DNA of 64,000 nucleotides. It comes from a virus (lineage: Duplodnaviria; Caudoviricetes). A program made the translations under genes and the position numbers. The first letter of the stretch is position 1, and each line of letters starts with the position of its first letter. The notes under the pieces are model-generated. The model did no database searches, was not told the DNA's origin, and saw only the letters and a program-made list of their open reading frames with translations. The DNA lies in IMG/VR virus record IMGVR_UViG_3300017716_001697, positions 96,001 to 160,000 of that record; one strand, 5' to 3'. Shown here one piece after another: positions 17,905-25,526 of this stretch.

Positions 17905-18381
17905 ATGGCAAAATATATTAGCACAAAAGAATATTCCCATATTGCACCGTTGGCATATAGACAATGGAAATCTGACTCACATTGCAATCAAATTCACGGT
18001 TATGCATTAAGTTTTAAATTCGAATTCGAGTGTGACACGCTTGATGCACGTAACTGGTGTTTTGATTATGGCGGATTACGCCCATTGAAGGACTTTCTTG
18101 AAGACAAATTTGATCACGTTATGTTACTTGCACAAGATGACCCACATTATGCTGTGATCAAGCAGCTAGGTGAGTTAGGTATTGCTAAAATCACAGAAGT
18201 CGAGAAGACCGGCTGCGAAGGTCTTGCTGATTTCCTATATTGGTATGTTAACAATGAATTCTTACCTAATTGTGGCAAGGCCGAAGCAGAAAGAGTATGG
18301 TGCAGCAAGGTAGAAGTTAGAGAAACACCGGCAAACATGGCAATGAGAATCGGCCACCGAGAAGATAACGAATTCAATTAA
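17905..18381 (+). CDS. queD: 6-carboxy-tetrahydropterin synthase (QueD/PTPS family)
   Basis: SHCNQIHGY, DFG-like DYGGLRPLK, FDHVML, terminal VEVRETP. Confidence 0.85.
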   Translation: MAKYISTKEYSHIAPLAYRQWKSDSHCNQIHGYALSFKFEFECDTLDARNWCFDYGGLRPLKDFLEDKFDHVMLLAQDDPHYAVIKQLGELGIAKITEVEKTGCEGLADFLYWYVNNEFLPNCGKAEAERVWCSKVEVRETPANMAMRIGHREDNEFN

Positions 18382-18384
18382 TAA

Positions 18385-18606
18385 ATGTCGTCTGAAGAAG
18401 ATACATTTGACAGATTGCGGCGCGCATCTTATAATGAAGCGTGTGCCGCATATTCTGCAGCAATAATGTATTTGCGGTCAGGCGCACCTATCGAAGAACG
18501 TAAACAATTAGCCGACCCGGTATTAAAACCCCTTGGTTGGATAGTAGAGGATATATTCGATGAAGCAAGAAAACAACAGAGCCTACATACCCGGAAGTTG
18601 TGGTGA
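18385..18606 (+). CDS. Hypothetical protein
   Basis: ORF in operon. Confidence 0.55.
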   Translation: MSSEEDTFDRLRRASYNEACAAYSAAIMYLRSGAPIEERKQLADPVLKPLGWIVEDIFDEARKQQSLHTRKLW

Positions 18607-18757
18607 ACCAGAATACTTCACACCCGGTCCAGAAGAACAAACAAGACTAATTTTAGAAGGTAAGTGTCCTCATAATCGAGGTTGGAGATATGACGGTCAC
18701 GGTCATAACAGTGAGTCATATAGTTGCATGGCTTGTGGCAGATCAAAGGAACATTAA
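18560..18757 (+). CDS. Small Cys/His protein (start uncertain)
   Basis: CPH..CxxC; TAATG overlap with next gene. Confidence 0.4.
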   Translation: MKQENNRAYIPGSCGEPEYFTPGPEEQTRLILEGKCPHNRGWRYDGHGHNSESYSCMACGRSKEH

Positions 18758-19002
18758 TGAATTTAGTAAAAGAAATGAATATTACAATCGGTGGGCCCGG
18801 CGGCAATCCTGATTATTCCCGTGATGCTAAAATGTTGAGAAAGCTTCTATTAGATGCAGGTGTCGAAACTGTTGAAATAAAGGAAGATCCTTCATATAAG
18901 AAGTATACACACGACCGGCCCGACGATGAGCTGAAATTATTTCTGGGAGCAAAGCCGGACAAGGTTGTGATCAGTGTCATGCATTACCCGTGGGGAGGCT
19001 AA
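18757..19002 (+). CDS. Hypothetical protein
   Basis: AAAGGA RBS, ATG 18757. Confidence 0.55.
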   Translation: MNLVKEMNITIGGPGGNPDYSRDAKMLRKLLLDAGVETVEIKEDPSYKKYTHDRPDDELKLFLGAKPDKVVISVMHYPWGG

Positions 19003-19003
19003 T

Positions 19004-19270
19004 ATGTCAATGGTAGAAATTAAAAGCCCCACAAAGGGTACAATAGGATGGTTGCACGAAATCGAGCAAACTTCAAACGATAGCATACTCATATTTCAGT
19101 TACCTAGGGCAACAAGCCAAATAAATGAAGCATACATCGACGCAGCCCGTAAGGCACTGAAAGAAGTGTTTCAATCATCTAAACAGACATTATTAATTGG
19201 GTGTGATATTAACATCTATGAACTGGCCGGCCCAGATGCTGTTATATTGAAACTTAAAGGTATCATATGA
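19004..19270 (+). CDS. Hypothetical protein
   Basis: GGAGG RBS, ATG 19004. Confidence 0.6.
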   Translation: MSMVEIKSPTKGTIGWLHEIEQTSNDSILIFQLPRATSQINEAYIDAARKALKEVFQSSKQTLLIGCDINIYELAGPDAVILKLKGII

Positions 19271-19545
19271 CTGGAGCAGATTGGGACATAATTAGAAAAG
19301 AAATGGCTACAAAGACCCCTGAAGAATTAAGAGCATGGATAAGAAAGACAACCGGCCCCGAACATCGACGTATAGGCGGCCAGGAACGCAGCGAACTTAT
19401 GTTGATGTTCGCATTAATGACTCCTGTCAGTGAAAGCAATAATCAACGATTCATTACAGAAGAATACAATATAGCTGGCAGGGAATATCATGTTATTTAC
19501 GGCATGGAAACAGATCCAGTCGTAGAAGAAGTAATAGTAGATTAA
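19267..19545 (+). CDS. Hypothetical protein
   Basis: ATGA overlap. Confidence 0.6.
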   Translation: MTGADWDIIRKEMATKTPEELRAWIRKTTGPEHRRIGGQERSELMLMFALMTPVSESNNQRFITEEYNIAGREYHVIYGMETDPVVEEVIVD

Positions 19546-19576
19546 CGATCGTAGATAAATTACGGAAAAAATAACG

Positions 19577-19583
19577 ATAAATA
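19577..19583 (+). promoter_or_regulatory. T4-late-like promoter ATAAATA, 4 nt before ATG
   Basis: GATAAATA-TTAA-ATG. Confidence 0.6.
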
Positions 19584-19587
19584 TTAA

Positions 19588-21246
19588 ATGATATTAGCAT
19601 TATTAACTTTATTAGCAGCCTTATCGGTTGCAGGGGTGGCAGGTTGGTTTTCTATAGTTGGCGTAATGTCAATATATGCTGGTGCACCATTACATGCTGC
19701 ATTAGTAATGGGTGTGGTGCTAGAGGTCGCCAAGCTAGTGACTACAAGCTGGTTATACAGAAACTGGGACACGTCTTCGTGGAAAATTAAGGGGCCGTTG
19801 GTATATTTTACTACCGCCCTAATGATCGCCACAAGTATTGGTGTGTTTGGGTTCTTAACCAAAGCGCATTTAGAACAAGGTGCAGCAACGGTCGATAATA
19901 CCGCTAAGGTTGAAAGACTGGATCAGCAGATCTTACGAGAAAAATCATCAATTGCCGATAATGAAAAAGTAATAGGTCAATTAGATACTGCAATTAATTC
20001 TTATCTAGGTAAAGATAATGCCGACAGGGCTTTGTCAGTACGTCGAGGACAGGCACCACAACGTAAACTATTGCGAAATGACATAGATGCGGCGCAGAAA
20101 AGAATCGACGAGTATAGCGATGAAAAATTTAAATTAACATCGCAGGTTCGGGCATTACAACTCGAGGTAGGACCTATTAGGTATATCGCCGAGTTGTTTT
20201 ATGGCAACGGTGGTGATGAAGTAACTAAGATAGAATCCGCAGTCAAACTATTTACTCTACTGATTGTGTCGACCTTAGACCCATTAGCTGTTATATTGCT
20301 AATTGCAGCAAATCATACATTTTTACGTCGTCAGAATGAAAAAGAAATCAAGAAGAAGGCAGATGATGAAATCAGCCTACGACAGGAAATACCGAAAACC
20401 ACGGTCCCTGAAGAGCAGATTCAAGGACATCCTGAAAATAATCCCGTTACGCAGCCACCGTGCAATAAACCGCCCCAGATTCAGGCAACGGTTAATGAGG
20501 GTGATGCCGAGGTGGTTAAAGAGATTTCTGTGGAAGAAGTCATCATAAATGAAGAAAAAGAAATCGTTATCGAAGCTAATAAAGAAGAAGAAACTGCTCT
20601 TAGCACAGATGTTATTACCGATAGACCGTTGGAAACTCGTCCCGTCGAGATTAAAATCGACGATGCCGAAGATTCCGTCGCCCCCGCGACCAACACCGAG
20701 ATACCTGAGGATAAAATAGTTAATGCGGAAGAAGAAATCGTTGCAGAACCTAGTGAAGAAGAAACACAGGTTATTTATCTGGCTAGACATCCCGGTAGAG
20801 AGACAGAGATTTATCCCATCGAGGCTGAAACCGGGCGTGACGAAGAGCTTACCCCGCCCACGGAGCAGACCGAGATACCGGGGGATGCAGATGAAGAAAT
20901 GCACATAGAACCCGCATTGCCGGACGTCCCTGTACTTACAGCGCCAACCGCCGCCATAATTTCGCCTGCTATTACACGAGTCTCGAGGGTAATTAAAGAG
21001 GATGTGCCTACAATAGTCCATGCAGAAACAAGTAATCAGGCACCATGGGCACATCAGGAATCAGTATTGAGAGAGTTAATAGGTAGTCAACCACATTTTG
21101 TATCAGTTCCGATAGATAATGATATTTTGCATGCGCCAACACCTGCAATCGTTGATAACAGTAATCTTAAAGATAAGATTAAAGTAGCTAATACCGGTAA
21201 ATACCCTAAAGCATTGAGCTGGGTAGAAGAATTCAAAGGGGACTAA
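19588..21246 (+). CDS. Multi-pass membrane protein with coiled coil and long acidic/Pro-rich tail
   Basis: Three N-terminal TM segments, heptad region, a further TM ([21 protein letters not shown]), E/P-rich disordered C-terminus. Confidence 0.7.
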   Translation: MILALLTLLAALSVAGVAGWFSIVGVMSIYAGAPLHAALVMGVVLEVAKLVTTSWLYRNWDTSSWKIKGPLVYFTTALMIATSIGVFGFLTKAHLEQGAATVDNTAKVERLDQQILREKSSIADNEKVIGQLDTAINSYLGKDNADRALSVRRGQAPQRKLLRNDIDAAQKRIDEYSDEKFKLTSQVRALQLEVGPIRYIAELFYGNGGDEVTKIESAVKLFTLLIVSTLDPLAVILLIAANHTFLRRQNEKEIKKKADDEISLRQEIPKTTVPEEQIQGHPENNPVTQPPCNKPPQIQATVNEGDAEVVKEISVEEVIINEEKEIVIEANKEEETALSTDVITDRPLETRPVEIKIDDAEDSVAPATNTEIPEDKIVNAEEEIVAEPSEEETQVIYLARHPGRETEIYPIEAETGRDEELTPPTEQTEIPGDADEEMHIEPALPDVPVLTAPTAAIISPAITRVSRVIKEDVPTIVHAETSNQAPWAHQESVLRELIGSQPHFVSVPIDNDILHAPTPAIVDNSNLKDKIKVANTGKYPKALSWVEEFKGD

Positions 21247-21247
21247 T

Positions 21248-22471
21248 ATGGATGAAAAAATCACGTGTTCATTTTGCAGTAAAGACCGTAATCAGGTTGA
21301 GCATATGATCGAAGGTCCCGTGCAGGACCAAGACAAGAAGCCTCTGTATATATGTAATGAGTGCGTAGACTTTAGTTTCGATGTCTTACACACCGTTTCA
21401 ACTGATGAGAAGCCGGTAAGGAAAAAGAAAGATAAGATTCTTGTACCTGAGCAAATTAAAGCACATCTTGATGAATACATTATTGCTCAAGATTCAGCTA
21501 AGATTGCTCTTTCTGTAGCAATATATAATCACTATAAGAGAATCAACAATAAATCCAAAGATACTGAGATTGAAAAATCTAATGTGTTAATGGTAGGACC
21601 GTCTGGATCGGGGAAAACGCTAACAGTAAAAACTATTGCAAAATTGTTTGACTTACCGTACGTAATTGCAGATGCAACATCTATTACTGAGGCAGGGTAT
21701 GTCGGCGAAGACGCAGAAAACTTAATAACACGTCTTATTTCGAATGCCGATGATGACATTGAATTAGCCCAACACGGTATTATATTCATTGACGAAATCG
21801 ACAAGAAAAGCAGGAAGAGCGAATCTTCAACTGTTCAGCGTGATGTCTCGGGCGAAGGTGTTCAGCAGGCATTACTTAAGATGATAGAGGGTACCATTAT
21901 AAAGATACCCGACGGGTATGATGATCATATCGAGTTTGATACAAAGGATGTACTGTTTATAGTAAGTGGCGCATTCGTAGGATTAGATGAGATTATTAAG
22001 AAAAATCGATCAAAGACTAGTATAGGATTTGGCGCCGTACTAAAGACACAGTCTACATTTTCGGAAATAGTGAAGACTGCTGACCCAGAAGATTTTGTTA
22101 GGTTCGGCCTTATCCCGGAATTCGTTGGTCGTTGCCCTGTTACTGTTGTGTTCGATGATTTAACAATAGAAACCATGATTAGGATTCTTAGAGAGCCTAA
22201 AAATAGCATTGTTAGCCAATTCAAGGCATTATTCAAATATGAAGGTGTTCTTTTGGAGTTTGATGATAAATACCTACAGAATGTTGCTGAAACATGTATT
22301 AAACAGAAGGTAGGTGCAAGAGGATTACGTGCTACTATGGAGCGTGATTTGCAGGGCCTACAATATATTTTACCGCGAATCGCCAAAGAGGGTGTTTCCA
22401 AAATTACAATTGACGCAACTGGAAGTGCAAAGTATATTTATAAAACACGAAAAAAGAAGGTAAATGAATGA
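21248..22471 (+). CDS. clpX: ATP-dependent Clp protease ATP-binding subunit ClpX
   Basis: CSFC..ICNEC zinc domain, [42 protein letters not shown] loop, GARGLR. Confidence 0.95.
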   Translation: MDEKITCSFCSKDRNQVEHMIEGPVQDQDKKPLYICNECVDFSFDVLHTVSTDEKPVRKKKDKILVPEQIKAHLDEYIIAQDSAKIALSVAIYNHYKRINNKSKDTEIEKSNVLMVGPSGSGKTLTVKTIAKLFDLPYVIADATSITEAGYVGEDAENLITRLISNADDDIELAQHGIIFIDEIDKKSRKSESSTVQRDVSGEGVQQALLKMIEGTIIKIPDGYDDHIEFDTKDVLFIVSGAFVGLDEIIKKNRSKTSIGFGAVLKTQSTFSEIVKTADPEDFVRFGLIPEFVGRCPVTVVFDDLTIETMIRILREPKNSIVSQFKALFKYEGVLLEFDDKYLQNVAETCIKQKVGARGLRATMERDLQGLQYILPRIAKEGVSKITIDATGSAKYIYKTRKKKVNE

Positions 22472-22728
22472 GTAACCGTTATAGAGATTCCCGTAAGACC
22501 CGCGGCCTAACAGTTGAAGTCAGAAATGATGATTTTGGTAGAGCACTAAGGACCTTTTCTAAGAAGATCCAAGATCTTGGCACCATGCAAGAAGTTAAGG
22601 AGCGCATGTCATACGAGAAGCCAGCAGTGGCTCGTCAACGCCTAAAGAAACAAGCGCGGAAACGTTGGGAAAGAAAGGTCGAAGATATGATCGCCAACGG
22701 ATTATGGCATAAAGACCAGCCGTATTAA
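22468..22728 (+). CDS. rpsU: 30S ribosomal protein bS21
   Basis: [39 protein letters not shown]. Confidence 0.85.
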   Translation: MSNRYRDSRKTRGLTVEVRNDDFGRALRTFSKKIQDLGTMQEVKERMSYEKPAVARQRLKKQARKRWERKVEDMIANGLWHKDQPY

Positions 22729-22763
22729 CAGATCAATATCTCTGTGCGTACATTACGACAGAG

Positions 22764-22770
22764 ATAAATA
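22764..22770 (+). promoter_or_regulatory. T4-late-like promoter ATAAATA for hsp20
   Basis: Direct match. Confidence 0.6.
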
Positions 22771-22772
22771 AA

Positions 22773-22854
22773 TTTTGTGGGGTGCCCATGGTGGGGCCTT
22801 ACAAAATAACGTGCATAGCACGAACAAACTTGCTTTAACTAAGGAGTTAAAAAT
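22773..22854 (+). promoter_or_regulatory. Structured hsp20 5' leader with ROSE-like RNA thermometer
   Basis: Three hairpins; the last pairs ACUUGCUU with AAGGAGU (SD) with the G bulged, the ROSE U(U/C)GCU signature. Confidence 0.65.
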
Positions 22855-23271
22855 ATGTCTATAAATCGCGAATTCGATCGTCTATTCGATCACCTCAATC
22901 AAGTTGCAGTTGGCTTCGGCCCTATATTTAGGGACTTCCAGCACACCTCGGCTAATTATCCTCCACACAACATCATTACTATTTCGGATAATGAATTCAA
23001 TCTTGAATTAGCTGTTGCCGGATTTAAAAAGAGTGAACTCACAATCCAGGAAGATGGTGGCGTGCTTACGATATCAGCTGATAAAGCTAATGTCGCTAGT
23101 GACTCAACCACATATCAACACCGTGGTATTGCAAAAAGGTCATTCTCTAAGTCTTTCCGTATTGCAGAGCACTTTGAAATACGTGAAGCTAACCTAGAGG
23201 ATGGGATTCTTACTATTAACTTTGTTAATAATACGCCAGTAAACCAACCTAAACTTATTGCTATAACGTAA
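22855..23271 (+). CDS. Small heat-shock protein Hsp20 (IbpA-like)
   Basis: NYPPHNI, LELAVAGF, YQHRGIAKRSFSKSF, ANLEDGIL. Confidence 0.92.
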   Translation: MSINREFDRLFDHLNQVAVGFGPIFRDFQHTSANYPPHNIITISDNEFNLELAVAGFKKSELTIQEDGGVLTISADKANVASDSTTYQHRGIAKRSFSKSFRIAEHFEIREANLEDGILTINFVNNTPVNQPKLIAIT

Positions 23272-23276
23272 TCGAG

Positions 23277-23305
23277 TTGACACAATGCCCTGTAGAGTAT
23301 ATAAT
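23277..23305 (+). promoter_or_regulatory. sigma70 promoter TTGACA-N17-TATAAT
   Basis: Perfect consensus upstream of clpS. Confidence 0.8.
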
Positions 23306-23332
23306 AGTATTATTACTCTCAGGGCAACTAAA

Positions 23333-23644
23333 ATGGCAACACCAGACATAGAAATCATCGAGAAGATTGATGAAAGAATTAAGGTACATATCCCAAGTAT
23401 GTATAAGGTAATTCTGCACAATGACAATACGACAACCGTGGATTTTGTTATCCACGTATTGATGCGCATCTTTCATAAGACGCTCGAAGAGGCACTAGCA
23501 ATCACACAATTAGTACACGAAAACGGGCAAGGCATTGCTGGCAGTCCTTACACTAAAGAAATAGCTGAAGAGAAATCACTGGAGACAATTGGCATTGCAA
23601 GGGCAAACAATTTTCCACTGGTAGCAACCTACGAAGAAGTATAA
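23333..23644 (+). CDS. clpS: Clp protease adaptor ClpS
   Basis: PSMYKVILHNDNTTTVDFVIHVL..IF..VHENG.G...EIAEEK..AR.NNFPL. Confidence 0.9.
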   Translation: MATPDIEIIEKIDERIKVHIPSMYKVILHNDNTTTVDFVIHVLMRIFHKTLEEALAITQLVHENGQGIAGSPYTKEIAEEKSLETIGIARANNFPLVATYEEV

Positions 23645-23647
23645 ATA
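23640..23647 (+). promoter_or_regulatory. T4-late promoter TATAAATA
   Basis: Exact T4 late consensus overlapping the clpS stop. Confidence 0.6.
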
Positions 23648-23669
23648 TCTCGTACACAACGAGAACTCA

Positions 23670-24704
23670 ATGGCATCAAACTTAATTCAAATTAAAGCAT
23701 TTCTTGGAAAATATTATCCGGAATTAGCATACTCTGTAGCGCAAGACAAATATATCAAGACTGGCATAAGCAAATTTCTCGAACAAAGATTTATTATTCA
23801 GAATAATAAAACTCAGATGGTAATTGATCCCAGTCTTAAAGGGCTGGTAGCCATTGTTGCTGGCAATGAAATATTTGTCAGTAAAGAATTGTACGAACAC
23901 ACGAATGTGAACGTAACAAATTCGATGGAAACACCTAATACAAACAATAACCCTAAGAGTTTATATACACCAGAAATTTTCTCTTCGATGGCATACCTAA
24001 TTTGCCAAAATCATACTATGTTCAGCATAGTAGGGGAAATTGATGAACCGATCTATATTAGATACAGATCAGACTATGAATCATTTTATAATTCGGTAAT
24101 CATTGTAAATATTGCTGACGGAATAGACGTGGAAATTGTCGAAGAATTCGAGAGTTACTGTGCACTGAATGCTGTGACTAATTACATTCTTCAACCCAAT
24201 TCTAGGTTAACTGTATCAACCTTCTATCAGAATCACCTGTCTGCGCTGTCATTCTGCCTTAGAAATGTTATAGTACAAGACTCGGCAAAATACAGCCACA
24301 CATTGTTCGGCCGTGGCTCGTCTTGTGTGCTAGACGAAAGTAAAATTCATGCAAACGATAAGTCATCGGTTGAATTAATGGCATGTATCAATCCCGTGCA
24401 ACAAGAATTTCATACAATTATAGGTGTTCAACCCGGCGCACAAGATTACAAATTCTTGTTAGACCATAGACATGTTGTCTCGGGGAGAGGGAGAACAACA
24501 TTCACACCCGTGATCATAGGGCACCTACCGGCAGATTCCTATTCTAACATTAGCTCTATAGTGTTAGATGATGCTGACGAGGAAGTAAGGGCAATAAGGG
24601 CGAAGAATTTCTTATCGTCGATTGTCGAACGATCAACACTGGAACGAACAGTGGGAGTCGAACGATTCTACGATAATAAATCTAAGTTTCTTCAATTTCA
24701 ATAA
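23670..24704 (+). CDS. Divergent SufB/SufD-like beta-helix protein
   Basis: PIYIRY..IIVNIADGIDVEIVEEF..NAVTNYILQPNSRL..YQN..RNVIVQDSAKY.H..FG pattern resembles the SufBD core; by-eye only. Confidence 0.5.
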   Translation: MASNLIQIKAFLGKYYPELAYSVAQDKYIKTGISKFLEQRFIIQNNKTQMVIDPSLKGLVAIVAGNEIFVSKELYEHTNVNVTNSMETPNTNNNPKSLYTPEIFSSMAYLICQNHTMFSIVGEIDEPIYIRYRSDYESFYNSVIIVNIADGIDVEIVEEFESYCALNAVTNYILQPNSRLTVSTFYQNHLSALSFCLRNVIVQDSAKYSHTLFGRGSSCVLDESKIHANDKSSVELMACINPVQQEFHTIIGVQPGAQDYKFLLDHRHVVSGRGRTTFTPVIIGHLPADSYSNISSIVLDDADEEVRAIRAKNFLSSIVERSTLERTVGVERFYDNKSKFLQFQ

Positions 24705-24744
24705 ATAGTAAGTAGAATAATAATTAATTTTGCGGGGTAATTAC

Positions 24745-25074
24745 ATGTATAAAATAACAAATATAGAGACATTGGGAACAGATTATGCTGTTGCTAATCA
24801 GGACGGTAAGATACTTAAAAATATCCGTATTGTACCTCATACGGAAATTCTAGAAGCAGCATTAGGCCCATACACTGAAGAATTCGGTGATCTTAGTTCC
24901 TATATTGCGAAATCTATTGCGGTGTTGGAGGGTAATGAAGATTTGAGCCCGTATAACATATATTGGCACTCAACTGAAGATGAAGAAGTTGTGTTATCTG
25001 AAGTTATCGAATATGCAATCAAACATGGTTATGATATTATTATATTAGAGCATCTAGATCCCACAAATGAATGA
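24745..25074 (+). CDS. Hypothetical acidic protein
   Basis: ORF; ATG 24745. Confidence 0.55.
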   Translation: MYKITNIETLGTDYAVANQDGKILKNIRIVPHTEILEAALGPYTEEFGDLSSYIAKSIAVLEGNEDLSPYNIYWHSTEDEEVVLSEVIEYAIKHGYDIIILEHLDPTNE

Positions 25075-25258
25075 TAATGATCGGCTGCGTCCGAATGTAT
25101 GCACATGGATAGGCGACGAAGAAGGGTGTCGCCACCCCACTATATACGGTAAATCGTATTGTGAAACACATCACAGTAGAATGTACATTACACTATTTGC
25201 TGAGATGGCAGATTATATTATTGAACAAGAATTAACACACAATAAGGCAGTGCAATGA
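25067..25258 (+). CDS. Small C3H zinc-finger-like protein (resembles GcrA C-terminal domain)
   Basis: CTWIGD..C...GKSYCETH. Confidence 0.5.
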   Translation: MNDNDRLRPNVCTWIGDEEGCRHPTIYGKSYCETHHSRMYITLFAEMADYIIEQELTHNKAVQ

Positions 25259-25416
25259 CTACAGGTCACTGGTTAAACTTAACAGATCGAAAATCGCAGT
25301 CATTTACTATGCAGGCCACTACTATGTGTGCGGTAGTTATTGTGGTTACACCAATATTAGCGGCGCTAATGCTTGGTAGTATAGCAATAAAGTCAATTGA
25401 AAAAATAAGTAAATAA
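25255..25416 (+). CDS. 53-aa membrane peptide (below ORF-track cutoff)
   Basis: ATGA overlap; MTTGHW...AVVIVVTPILAALMLGSIAIK..; translated by hand. Confidence 0.45.
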   Translation: MTTGHWLNLTDRKSQSFTMQATTMCAVVIVVTPILAALMLGSIAIKSIEKISK

Positions 25417-25423
25417 TCTAATT

Positions 25424-25451
25424 AAAAAGGGTACCGTTGTGTACCTTTTTT
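25424..25451 (+). terminator. Intrinsic terminator
   Basis: AAAAAGGGTAC-loop-GTACCTTTTTT. Confidence 0.7.
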
Positions 25452-25477
25452 AATGGCTCATAGATCGGCCTTCCTTG

Positions 25478-25484
25478 ATAAATA
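25478..25484 (+). promoter_or_regulatory. T4-late-like promoter ATAAATA
   Basis: Direct match upstream of the 863-aa gene. Confidence 0.6.
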
Positions 25485-25526
25485 CAATATTAGACAATAT
25501 TGTGTTAACAGATTTAGGAGCCAGTA

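Noticed and set aside
20300-21050. Acidic repeat region as a mobile insertion or DNA repeat array
   Set aside because: In-frame low-complexity protein tail with no terminal repeats or regular DNA periodicity.
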